Shown here one piece after another: positions 23,835-36,100 of a stretch of 64,000 nt of DNA (its first letter is position 1; every line of letters starts with the position of its first letter). Location of the stretch: assembly GCA_023920165.1 (NCBI GenBank), contig CP089278.1, positions 2,976,001 to 3,040,000 of the forward strand. Reading direction: 5' to 3'. The translations under genes and the position numbers were made by a program. This DNA is from Curvularia clavata. Its lineage: Eukaryota. Below the pieces are notes generated by a model, which saw only the letters and a program-made list of their open reading frames with translations, was not told where the DNA came from and made no database searches.

Positions 23835-24235
23835 GCGGTGCCTCTCAGGCCGCCGCTCAGGTATAAAACGATCCCTGCCACCCTCCCCAAGCTGCACAAG
23901 CAGACACATTGGTATACAGATTTTGTTCTTATGCTAGGCGCGCAAGACAAAATAATACTTTTTCCGTGATCGATCGGAAGATAAACAAAAGGAAAGACAA
24001 GAATAATTGGTAATCCGAGATAGCAAAGCACGCAACGCCAATACGAAAGAAAAAAAAGTCCAGTGTAAGACCAAGAGTAAACCTTTCTCTCCATGCGTCA
24101 TGTCGCTGTCGTAAATGCGGTAGATGTGAAGCAAAAAGGCAAAACCACCGCCATCATCGTATCCCTTACCAACACGGCGGAGCTTGATATCTATACAAGA
24201 CGTTCGTGTCCAAGAACGTCCAGGACAAAGCCTGT

Positions 24236-26517
24236 TCAGTACTGTCGCGCTTGCTCGCGGAACCGGCGCTCCTCTTCCACTCGGCGGGCCTTCTTTTCCC
24301 TCTCCAACTTGATCCTGTGGGCTTCGGTACCGTCGTCCATGAGGGATTCTTTGAACCACGGATGTTGCAGAGCCTCCTTGGCCGTGATTCGCTTCTTGGG
24401 GTCGTAGACGAAGATGCGTCGGAGCAGGTCGAGGAATTGCCGGTTGAAGTCGGTGTGGCCGGGGATGGTTTCCTGCAATACGTTAGTTGGTGTCCAACCA
24501 TACTTTGCAATCAAACATACGGGGAGCTTCTTCATGGCCTTGACGTATTTCTTGGACGCCTTGTTGGTCTCTGCGTTGGGGTAGTCGAGCTTGTAGTTCT
24601 TGAAATATCTTGCCGCACTAGTCATGTCAGTCAGCAATGGAACTTTATTTAGATTGGCGTGCACTTACGAGCTGGCAGAATTGCGAGATGATCCGCGGTC
24701 TTGCTTATAAACCTGTCGAACAATATCTCGGTCAATCTTACCGGCGCAGACAGCTTCCATCATGGCCAGGTGCTCGAGGTTGTCGTGTGTCTGGAACAAG
24801 GCGTCACCTGTGAAGAACTCGACGAGAATGCAGCCAATACTCCAGATATCGCAAGGGAAGCTCCAGCCCAGATTGAGGATGATCTCGGGAGCACGGTAGT
24901 GTCGAGTCGAGACCACCGAAGAATGGTACTCATCGTTAAATGTAGCCGATCCAAAGTCGATGAGTCGGATTTCGGGATCGAGGAGAACCTTGCGGTGTCG
25001 GGCTGTCCTGTTTACGGTGGTTGATGATGACGGCACAGTCCTATTGTACGTGAACGTCTGGTAGTTGTTGTTGACCAACAGGATGTTCTCGGGCTTCAAG
25101 TCGGTGTGGATGAGGTTGAGGTCGTGGAGAAAGGCGACGCTTGTAAAGAGTTGCTTGGCAAACTTTTGGATGTGGGAGCTGGGGAAAGGCACGAAGCCAT
25201 TGGACTTGAGAAAGTCAAATACACTCTGGCCATAGAGATCGGTGACGATGCAAATGTGGTTCCGGTAATCGAAGCAGTCTCGCAAATGTATGCACCGGTT
25301 GATGTTGTGCTTGTCATTGGAGGCCAGTGTGGACAAGACTCTCAACTCGATACGGCTGGCGTCTCTGTATTTTGGTACCGACCGGATGACCTTGATGGCG
25401 CAGTTTGTGCCTTTCCGCCTGTCATAGGCCTGGACAACCTTGCCAAAGGTGCCTTGGCCAAGCAGTTTGGTAATTTGATCTTGAGTCAGGCGTTAGTATC
25501 TCATTGGTGGCATATGACGGCGTGAGAAACACATACATCGTTCGGTCAGATCAGCATCCGGTACGACAATATAGTGGCCGTCCTCGTCGTCTACCTTTTG
25601 ATCCTTGTTGTAGGATTTCTGAGACACGTTAGCATTCGATGTTATATTTGATTATTTTTTTCACTCGTGTGTCTTACGTCTTGGATAACCTGGACATATA
25701 CATCCTTGGCCTTGATGACCGGGTTGGGTGGTGGCTGGTACAGACTAAATGGGTCGTCGTTGTGATCTAGCTCTCGTCGCTTGGCCTGCTTGGCTTCGTC
25801 CTGGACCACGGCGCGTGTGCGTTTCCGCTTCTGGCCGGCGGCGGTAGTGTCATGTGGCGAGATGTTGTGGCCATTGCTGACTTGTGAGCCGAGCGAGGTA
25901 GGCGCGGTGGTATTGAGGGCGGAGGTTGTCCTGTCGGTAGACAAGGAGTGGTTGGGCGAGTCGTAGTAGGGTGTTTGGGTGGTCGAGTAGGAAGTGTGTT
26001 GGTTGTAAACAGGGTCGTAGGCCGTCGACGCGGTCGTCTTGCGCTTCTTATCGGCATGTCGCGCGGCAGCATTGGTCGCAGTGCGTGCTGCATCGTGGGC
26101 GCGTGAGGGAGGAGGGTGCTGGTTGTCATCATCGTCGTCGTCGTCGATGACAATGACCTCCCTCGGGATGCCGTTCTTGTAGAAGTCGGCCCAGTCAGGA
26201 TTGCGGCGGCGGTGAGTGGAGCCCGAGTCGGTCGCACTCATGTCGATGGGAGCGGGCTGCTGGATGGGGGGCAGCTGGGGAGGCGGGTGTTGGGGTCTGT
26301 TGTGGGCAGAGGCGGTGGTGTTGGCGGTTGCGGTTGCAGCGGTTCGGCGCAGGTCAGAGTTGGAGGCGCTAGCGTAGCCGTTGTAGAGCGAATTGCCTAT
26401 CCGACCAGAGCCGTTGGCGAGCTGTGCATTGGCAATGTTTGACTGGTATGTCTGGTGGTGAGGATAAAACTGGTGATGGGGCGGGAGTGTGGCCGTGGCG
26501 GTGGAGGGCGTAGACAT
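24236..26517 (-). CDS. lkh1: LAMMER/CLK-family dual-specificity kinase. Exons 26517-25678, 25618-25537, 25479-24669, 24617-24521, 24472-24236; alternative in-frame start at 26541
   Basis: DDEDGHY, GQGTFGKV, HTDLKPEN, DFGSA, STRHYRAPE, EHLAMMEAV signature. Confidence 0.95.
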
Positions 26518-27499
26518 GGTTGGGCCGTCGTCTCGGGGCATTCGAGAAGCGACGTCGTTGACGGTGCTTCGCTCTTCGCGGGCCAGGGCTAGCGGGTCGA
26601 GCACGGAGACGAGGCTGCCAGACGGCGCAACTGTGCGCGGAATGGGAGCCGTGTAGACACGAGGGCGAGCGGAGGGGGCGCCTGTGATGGAGATGGAGGC
26701 GTAGGCGTTGGTGAGCGTGGGCGGCGGGTGCTATGCGAGCAAGGCCCAGCCAAGTAAGTCGAGGGCTTTCTGGGGGTGCGGAGAAAGAAAGGGCCTTCAC
26801 GTCGCCTGGGCTGTTGAGCAGCAGCAGCAGCAGCAGAGCGGCGTCACGGGAGCAGGCTAGAGCAGCGGCGAGGGCGGTGGCAGCGGGCTCGAGAACAAGG
26901 GCGAGCGTTACACATGCCCAAGAAGAAGAGGTTGCAGATAGAAGATGAATGGGAGAGATGACAGTTGCGGAGTCTGTGGTGAGAAGGCGGGCCTGTGCGG
27001 TCGAGTGGACTGGGTCGTCATTCGCTTTCGCGGCACGCCAGCGACCGTCTGTCTTTCGCGTCTGGCGCCACCCTCGATTGCAGCGCAGCAGCACACAAGC
27101 TGTCCAGCTAAAACCGTCACCTGCGCCCCTGGAGCCAAGCCAGCCCATGATTCCATTCCATTCCCTCGATGCTGTTCAGTCTCCGTCTTGAAACCATTCG
27201 CACGCCCACCAGCCCACACGAGAAGGCCTCGCACACATGTTTCCCCTCCCGCCCCGGCCGTGCGGCTCTACTCGACTCGTCTACTCTCTAATACATAGTT
27301 TATTTATTCGACTTAACCTCGAATACGGCACGTCGGCCCCGGCGCGATACCGCCTAATCGTCTCCGTGACGCTGACCCCAGAATGAAGCGGTGGTACCCA
27401 GCCTGCCCATGGTCACGAGAAAAGACGGTCCTGCCATGGCATGTCATCTGCTAATCCAGCCCTCCCATTGAGTTTTTTTTTTGTTGAGAACGGCGTCTG

Positions 27500-27500
<1 letters not shown>

Positions 27501-27558
<58 letters not shown>
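27501..27558. repeat. (CA)29 microsatellite, followed by an imperfect (GTT)n at ~27642-27690
   Basis: Perfect dinucleotide run read directly. Confidence 0.97.
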
Positions 27559-27561
<3 letters not shown>

Positions 27562-28787
27562 ATACTGACTCTTGCAAGGCCGGTCATGGCTCCGAAGCTG
27601 GTCGGTCTTGTGTAGCCAACTCGCTCAAGCCGCCGTCCGTGGTTGTTGTTGTTATTGTTGTTGTGTAGTGCAGTATTATTGTTGTTATTGTACTCAGTCA
27701 GCCCCAGGGTCTGCCCGCCCGATACACATGTTGCTGACGAAGATCCACCGCGGTCCCTGCCGCACCTGGATGGACGCTAAACACGGCTGTGTCTATGTAT
27801 CCGTGTAACAACAGCCATGTAAACTTCGTCCTTACGTACATGTGCGGCCATGACACTGCCCCCTCGATCCCTCAGGAACCCCAGGCCGCCTGCTCGGCCA
27901 ACACATGTACCTGAGTATAGGCTTAGGTGAGACGTGCTGTAGTGCGCTGCATCGCTGCACTTGGCTCACCCATTACTCAGCCCGCCCACCGATGCTTTGC
28001 TTGCCTTGCCTGCTCGCCTCACGGTTGCTGCACTCCACTCTGCTACTGCACTTAATAACGTCATCGCCCAACGTCCCCCACTCAACGTCGTTCCCATTGC
28101 GCGTTTTTGCTATGCCTCTCCACCGCCCTGCAATCACGTACATTGAGGCCTCCATTCCACTGGCCCTCTGCCACCGGCCTTGAACAGCCTTGTTCTCGCT
28201 CTGCGCCTCCTGCTTGCGGCCTAGTGTCCTCTTAGCCGCCAAGGCTGAGTCGTGCATCAACCCTCTGCTGCCCTCATGGCATGGCTGCGGCACAATCGCT
28301 TCTCGGCACGCACGTGCTGACTTCCTCATTGATTGGTGGATATTACTACCCAGCCCTTCTCTTGCATCGTCCCAATCCAACTTCCAGGTTGCTTCTTCGG
28401 TTCGGTCGCTGTATGGGTGTGGTGTGCCAGACATCGTGAAAAAGACCTTATCAATTTGGCGAGCTATCTACATCCGAGTAAATATATTAGCAAAGAAGAT
28501 TACCTATCAACAACCGCAGTAAGAGACATGTGCAGTGAAACAAAAGACACAATTTTTCTCGGTACTCAGAGAGCCTCCTCGATTCGCAAAATCATATTCA
28601 AACAGCCGGTCCAATGCAGATTTTTGGTGGCAGTGGCTCGCCCACCAAGGCAATGTTGCCGCCCAAACGCTCGTCACACGCGCGCCAAGCGCTGAAAACA
28701 GTAACAAAAGAAAATCGTAAGGTCCGTCTTGTCGTGCCTCAAGGAAAACTTGACCGTAACTAGTCGAATCCGACCTAGTCTGGCCAT

Positions 28788-30494
28788 TTACACCTTCTGT
28801 GGGCTGTCCATGTCCTTGAAAAAATCAAAAATGAGCTTGCCTACGCTCTCGACAATGATATCTATATCGCTATCCGTAATGTTGAAGGCTGGTGCAACAA
28901 TGACGTGGTCGCCGCGTTGTCCGTCGACTGTTCCAGAACCTGGATACACGTAGACATTGTATCCGTCTTTCAGGCCTATTGCACAAGTCAGCATCTCAGA
29001 ACTCCTGCCTCTGCCGACTAAACCTACCTTTTTCGTGAAGTCTCCACGCCACAGACATCTCAGAGTCAAACGGCGTCTTGGACCTTTTGTCGCGTACAAA
29101 TTCAATCTGCCATGGTCAGTACCTGTAGGATATAGTCCAGAAAATCATCTTCTGAATACTTACGCCTCGGAAAAGACCCGCTCCTCGGATATTTCCAACG
29201 TTGGGATGATCGCCGAGGCGGGCCAGCAGCTTCTTCATCAGCTTCTCTCCTTTGTCCTTGACATTCTCAAGTAGCTTGTCTTCTCGCACAATCTTCTGCA
29301 CAGCAAGACCGGCTGCACATGCGGCTGGGTAGTTCTGGAACGTGTGGCCATGAGCAAAGGACGTGTGTCCAAGAGCGTCGACAATCTCGGGTCCAACAAG
29401 CATGGCTGAAACCGCCGCGTAGCCACCTGCAAGCGCTTTGCCCACCAGCTGAATATCAGGGACCACGCCATGTTCTTGCCAAGCGTGCATGTAACCAGTG
29501 CGCCCCATACCGCACATGATTTCGTCCAGGATGAAAAGCACGCCGTACTTTTTGCATACTTTTTTCATAGCCGCGAGGTAACCGGGTAGTGCTGGGACGC
29601 AACCAAGTGCCTGAGCGTCCATGTCAGTAAACAGCAAAGTTACACAAGCCAAGTACACAACTCACTGCACCCACTACAGGCTCCATAAAGAATCCTGCTA
29701 CTGTGTCCGGACCGAGCTCACAAATCTTGTCCTCAAGCTCTTTGGCAAGTCGTTCGACATACTGATCGGCAGTCTCGCCCTCCTTCATATCCCGGTAGGG
29801 ATGGCATGGAGATATGAAATGTGTGCTTTCAGGTAGAATCTGCTTGTACATGTCTTTGCGTCCCTTGTGTCCACTGACTTCAAGAGCACCAATCGTTGCT
29901 CCGTGGTACGATCTGTCACGAGCAATGAACCACCGGCGGCCAGGCTGTGCTTCTTGCTTCAACTTGGAGTGATACTGATATGCCAGCTTCTTGGCGGCCT
30001 CTGTGGCCTCGGAACCTACCTTGTGTGAGTCTAGCGCCTGGGTCCCCCGTTCGGGTTACTTTACCTGAGTTGTAAAAGGCTACCTCTGCCATTTTGTCCT
30101 CTGTGGATTCAATAAGATAGTCGGCAAACTCCCATACCACATCCGTGTCGAAGCTCATGGAAGCGGCGTAGGCAACGCCTGTCTCTTCTTGTCTCCGGAT
30201 TGCGTCATGGACTCGCTTGTCGCCATGGCCAATGTTGGATACTCCAGCTCCACCAGAAGCGTCGAATACTCTCCAGGTTTTGACGCCGTCTGTGACTGAT
30301 AGCCAGCTGCCCTCTGCCCTCTTGACCCAAAGCGGTGGGTTCCTGACACTGCGTTTGAGAAGTGGACTCCGTCGACCCCGACGGCTCCACGGCATGGCTG
30401 TCGTTGGAGTGTCGTCGCTGATTGTTGGCGAGGTGCTGGTATCAGAAACCGCACAAAGGCTGCTGCTTTCATCGATCAATAAGGCTGGCGCCAT
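28788..30494 (-). CDS. PLP-dependent class-III (omega-amine) aminotransferase. Exons 30494-30065, 30015-29666, 29610-29164, 29106-29028, 28975-28788
   Basis: DASGGAGVSNIGHG, SGSEATE, SYHGAT, FFMEPVVGA, LDEIMCGMGRTG, PLP Lys in VGKALAGGY, HGHTF, GDHVIVAP; TATA (TATAAA) at ~30604-30599. Confidence 0.92.
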
Positions 30495-32435
30495 GATGTA
30501 GGTGTTGTTCTGACAATGGTTTGAGTTGCTTGAGAAGGTAAAGATGGTAGGAAAGAAAGGCAGGTGAATTGAGAAGTTGGAGTGGGTTACCATGCACTTT
30601 ATACTGGCGAGTCTATTCATGGAACCGTGCTGGGTTATGACCGGTAAAGGCGCCTGCTACTAACAACATAGCGTGTACGGCGTAATCAGAGCCAAGGTCA
30701 CTCGAACCATACTTTGATCTTTCGGCAACCCGAATCGAGTTTGATATTCCGAGCCGTGCGGGAAGGCTAGAGCCCGGACACTTTTCCCCGAGAAAATGGC
30801 TTTAGCTTATGACTAGCTGAGAAGTTGAATTGGGGTCGCGCACGGGGGTGCGTTGGAGAGTCGTAGGCTTATTCATTCTTGTGGAAACTTAACGGTCAAT
30901 TGCTTACCAGAAGTATACCCGGGCATCCAATCACCTCGGCCTGTGGCACCCTTGCAGATAACATGTGGTTTCCAACGTTATCAAAGGAAGGTCAGCCCTG
31001 TGTGATGAAGAATGCCGGTGTAAGCCTGAAGCGGCACAGGTGCAGCAATGTCAGGGCAATGTGGCGGACGCCCCGACGACAGGAACAATGCCTGCTCATG
31101 TCGTGGAAGTTGTGGACATGGGTCGTGCCCTGGCATCGGACCCAGGTCATCTGGTAGGATGCGGCACAGGAACCAAAGAGAAAGCGTCTCGCGTTAGTTG
31201 ACGTGAAATACCGACAATAAAGCGCTATTGCCACATGGCTGTGTGGGGACTTTGGGAGGATCGACCAGGTTGCTGCTGCTGCTGCTGCAACGTCTGCATG
31301 CATCTAGGCACAAGAACGATCCGATCGAGGTTAACCGTTTATCTTGTGTAACGGGAACATGTGGGAACATATGGGTACAGCAAGCACAGAACATTTACCA
31401 AAAGGCAGGGCAATGGTTGTTGGTCGACAAAAGTGCTTTCCATCACAGATCGGAATCGATGGCAGAGGCAGCTAAAGAAAAAAACGCTGCTATGCATACC
31501 GCTGCAGGCGCCTCGACAGGGGTCCGACCGGTGTTGTAGAAGACTAGTGGCCTCACCTCTGCCTGGTGGGTTGACGTGACTCTGGGCGATGGTTAGGCTG
31601 TATCTTGGGGTAGGGGTCAATAGCCGCAACATGACACCACGGCACTAACTAATGTAAAGCACAGGACGACATCTTGATCGGGGAGGCCTACGCACGGCCA
31701 GGACGTGATTCGGTGGGAACTTGACCCGCAAAACTAACGCATCTCCGCTTGTACATAGTTGACCTGGTATTGTCGAACGCTACTGATGTTGGAAGGTCCA
31801 CGAGGTGGTGGGTGTGGGCAGAATGGCTGCCATCATCACCTGCAGATCCGCGGCACCAAAACGACATGGCGGTACAAGGCGGCAGCGGGAAAAAGCAAGT
31901 GTGCAGATGCCAGGTTCGAGCCTGGGACAACCATTCAGAGGGGTTTTTGCAGATGAGTGTCTGCTCAATGGAGCGAGGGCGCCTTGGGGGGCGACGGGGG
32001 GCCACAGTCGTCAGCCTCTTGGCTACAGCATGCTGCCAGGCAAATTGAGTCGTGACCAAACCCGGTAATTGTCGGCCTGGCCTTTTTGCAGATGCTAAGT
32101 TGCGGTGAAGGGAACAGAGGGCCCGGTGTTGGCCGACGGAAAGCTCGAGGATAACGGTTGTCGAGGGTGCTGGGACGAGCAGTTGAGGCAGCCGGGCCGT
32201 AGTGCATCCCAGATGCCGACCCGGTCCGGCAGCGCTTGCCTCGTTCGCTGCCAAGCTCGCCCCTCTAGCTTCCCCACATTCGTGAGAGGCGGCCGACATT
32301 CACGACGTTTCGACCATCGCCGCCAACAAAGGGCTTACGTCAGGTGAGTCGTAGCCAGGGAGCACGCTCGAACTACACGCACATTCTGACCCGCGTGCAG
32401 CATTCACCGGAAACGCTTTCGCCAGCACCGACACC

Positions 32436-33170
32436 ATGAATCCCCGCGTCGAAGAGGTCAGCGACTCGGACAGCGAGCCGTCAGAGATGGACATTGACGA
32501 CGTCCCCTCTCTGATGAACGCCAGCAATATACCTAGCACCGGCAGGTCCCCTGTGCCCTCGCAGATGCTGCAGCCGCAATCGGGCGCCATCAAGACAACC
32601 ACAGATCGCGAAGCGTCAAAACACTACCAATGCCTGTACCCCATCTACTTCGACATCACACGCACCAGGGCAGAGGGCCGCCGTGTAGGCAAGGAGCTCG
32701 CTGTAGAAAACCCTCTTGCCAGGGAAATGGCCGACGCGGCAGCGGATCTGGGTCTGAAGACAGTGTTTGAGCCTGATAAGACCCATCCTAAAGATTGGAG
32801 CAATCCCGGCAGGGTGCGCGTCCTGCTCAAGCACGAGGGCAAGAACATGAACCAATTGATCAAGAACAAGCATCACCTCTACATTCTCATGTCCCAGGCC
32901 CTCAAAGCGAATCCAACACAAAAGAATACGCCCTTCAGATTACCCATTGCAGGCTTACCCATGCCCAAGGAGATGCCAGAGCCAGCGATACCAAAGGGCT
33001 GGAAGATGAGCAAGATACTCCCCTTACACTCTCCGGCTCTAACAGGAGGAGGTGTCAGCGAGAACTTCTTACAGGACATGATGGCCGAAATGGCGGGTGA
33101 GGCTGGCGGCAGTGGGGCAAGTAGCGGGGCAGAATCTAAAAAGAAGATCAAGGACAAGAAGAAGAAATGA
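32436..33170 (+). CDS. SEC65: Signal recognition particle subunit SRP19/Sec65, 244 aa, intronless
   Basis: CLYPIYFD...EGRRV...AVENP, EPDKTHPKDWSNPGRVRV, basic C-terminus. Confidence 0.95.
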   Translation: MNPRVEEVSDSDSEPSEMDIDDVPSLMNASNIPSTGRSPVPSQMLQPQSGAIKTTTDREASKHYQCLYPIYFDITRTRAEGRRVGKELAVENPLAREMADAAADLGLKTVFEPDKTHPKDWSNPGRVRVLLKHEGKNMNQLIKNKHHLYILMSQALKANPTQKNTPFRLPIAGLPMPKEMPEPAIPKGWKMSKILPLHSPALTGGGVSENFLQDMMAEMAGEAGGSGASSGAESKKKIKDKKKK

Positions 33171-36100
33171 AGCACCAGTGCTGGACATTGCCGTCCACAC
33201 ATTGCCGCCTCCATTGCCACTCTCAGAGAGTGATGCATCGGCAAACTTTCTTCGAGGTGGCGCTACCGTCATGCAGCATGGAGGCTGTCACATCGTATGA
33301 CAGGTACCTCAGCGCCCGTTTAGACGGAAAACAAAGCAGGGGTGGCTGGAGCCCTGTGCCGTCACATCTGCAGAATACCAAAAACCTACACGACTACAGC
33401 AATGTTACGCTGCAGTGCCTTTGTTACTTTGTCTGCGCTGTGTTGATCCAGCACTTGGTTGATCGAATCCGTTGTGTGCTTATTGCCTCGAGTCTGCTAA
33501 TTGTGCAAATTCCAGAGCCTTTGGCAACATACATAGAACTCGGTCTGACTTGATGCCTTTCAATAGGCATGCTGACGCACGCCTCGCGTCTTCGGCATTC
33601 CTCAAACGGCGAAAGGAGCGATAGCTACTCCGTTCCATATGATCCATGCACACATCTACAGCTCCAAATTGACTGCCGGTTTCAACTTGAACAACAGGAG
33701 CAGACAAAGGGTCAATTCTATTGCCGACCTTGCGCTTGACTTTCCCGGTCTGCATGCATGCGTTCCTTGTCACGTGGATGTGATGCGCAGGGAGCCGCCG
33801 TATCCAAGCTCAACCCCAGTCTCCCCCGAGTCCTCTATGTCCGCGGGCCGATCGTCGCCATTCCGCATCCCGGACTAGAGTTGACATGCATGCATCCCTG
33901 CTTACCGTGCATGCGCCGCCATTTCTCGACGGTAATATATCTCATTCGTCCAAAAAGGAATGCTTTTCTCTATCTCACGTGTCAGTTTGATAATTACTCT
34001 GGTCAAGCCGGTCACACTGCAGACATCCATGAGCAGCCTGGCGCCGGAGGTACGCGTACACCCTGTAAGTCGGTTTTCATATGGGTGGTTGTAACCACGA
34101 TAAATACAGCTTTTCTGTCCATGGCTACAAAATTGGAGCGAACACCGGCAATAGCAACATACATGCGTTAGTCCTGGCGTATGTTTCTACAGGCCTTATA
34201 ATTGGTTGTGTATAAAGATGTAACATTCGCAAGTACAAGGCGGGCCATGCCGTCGCATTCGCACCCGAAAGGCGTTCTATGCATGTGGCCTTGGTTCTCA
34301 ATCACTCATCACAACGTACACAGCATCTTGGCTTCACGAACAATGTTCGAGAGCGGCGCCTTTTGTGCTACGCCCCCTGTAGTTTGTATTGAAAACGCTT
34401 TTACGGGCTGCTCAAGCCTTCAGTGTCTGTGTTGCATTCCATGTCAGCTCGCCTGTAACCAAGTAATCAGGCCACGACGCTGACTCAAGATATGAGGCTA
34501 TTACCAATTCTGACCGCCCTATGGCTTCTGCCTGCTCGAGACACACTTCTACTCGCCTTCTTGTTTGGCGGGATAGCCGTGCCATCATCACCTGCCAATC
34601 AACCTTCGGGTACCGTAAGCGTGCTAGGGTAGTACACTATGAACAGCATGCGAACAGATTCGCCAGCATCCAATGGCAGCTTGACCAGTAAACGGGGACA
34701 ACTGCCTTGATTTCTGCCTGCCGATCATCACCACCCTGAATTTGATTGGCATTGCCAAAGCCACCCGTATCCTTGTTTAGTATGCACATATTGCACAACT
34801 CCGAGACTCAAGCTCATCTTCGACAAGGTACTCCGACCCATGTCCAACAAGGCTAATAGGTTGTAGACATGTGGATACAAGCACGCATCCTTGCGTTACT
34901 GTTGATACCGAAGACTCAAACTTCCTGCCGATCGCCGTAGTCCTCTGAGCCAAGGGTCTTGCATTAAAAGTACCGGTAGACTATACCTATTTGTGGTTAG
35001 GTCCGATACTCTCATGCGGGATGGATACAAAGTGGTTTAGACGCAGCAGATTGCCCGTCTTGGCTACACCGACTACTGCATCCCTCCAGAAACGGTTGCG
35101 AGGCTTTGACCGACCCAACAAAAATGGACCACGTGAGGGATACCTGCAATGAGGTCGCCTTTGAAGTCTCAGAAGGCTAGACCAACATGGAAAGTGAGAG
35201 AATTCTTCTACAGGGGCTGACCCATCAACAAGAACCCACTGCTCCAAGAGAATGGAGGCCTGAGACCAGTACTCACTGGGAAGCATCCACGTGATGACTA
35301 GAGCAATGCTGTGATAAATTGGAACTGTAACTGCTTTGATGCTTTTTTTGGGAAGATCCAATCACCTTTTGCTCAACACTGGAAAATGGGCGGACAAGAG
35401 TCACATGGATCAACACAACAGCTACGAAGACGATATTGGAACAGAATTCACCAATCATCGAATTTTCATCGCAGATCCGTTGGTTTCCCTGTGCTGCCGC
35501 TGCAGACTTCAATCACTTGCAGCGGATAGGAGGTTGTTTTTATCGACTAGTCCGATCTACAAGGGGATCGAGGAATGAATATAGGAGTATGCACAACTAA
35601 TCGTTTCCTGCACATCGTTCTCCACACTCACAATCTCGGCTCAACGTACGCCTCATGTTTCTTTTCAACTCTCACAGAAGAAACACTGTGGGGAAGTGGA
35701 ATTATGTTCTACAACGTTTATGAGGGCTTGATGGCACTTGCAACATAAGTAAGCACTGCTCATATATGTCTTATCACATCGAACAGAGGCATGGAGCTGA
35801 GCTCAGCTCTGACAAGCCTCCATGTAGATATTTGTCGCATGCAGGACGAAAAGATGAACTGCTAGGCGTACAATACCGCTGGGCCCTCAATTGTCTGGAT
35901 TTATCCTCAGACTTCCCCTTTGCTTCCCGACAGCTTAACCTCCACACCAGACAGTGACAAAAAAAGCACCTAACAATGCGACTGCCATTCATCGACTCCA
36001 ACACATTCCGGCCCGAGACACTCAAGCAAACCGATCGGCCCCTTCCCTAGCCTACGCCTCTTCCACAAAAGGCAGACTACGCTACTGTATATCATTACAT

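Noticed and set aside
30495..30620. Upstream in-frame extension of the aminotransferase
   Set aside because: A TATA box lies inside it (~30600), so ATG 30620 is probably not transcribed
31860..31935. tRNA-like CCAGG-TTCGAG-CCTGG...CCA; also GTTCGAGTC near 1016
   Set aside because: Loop size is wrong and no acceptor or anticodon stems can be formed
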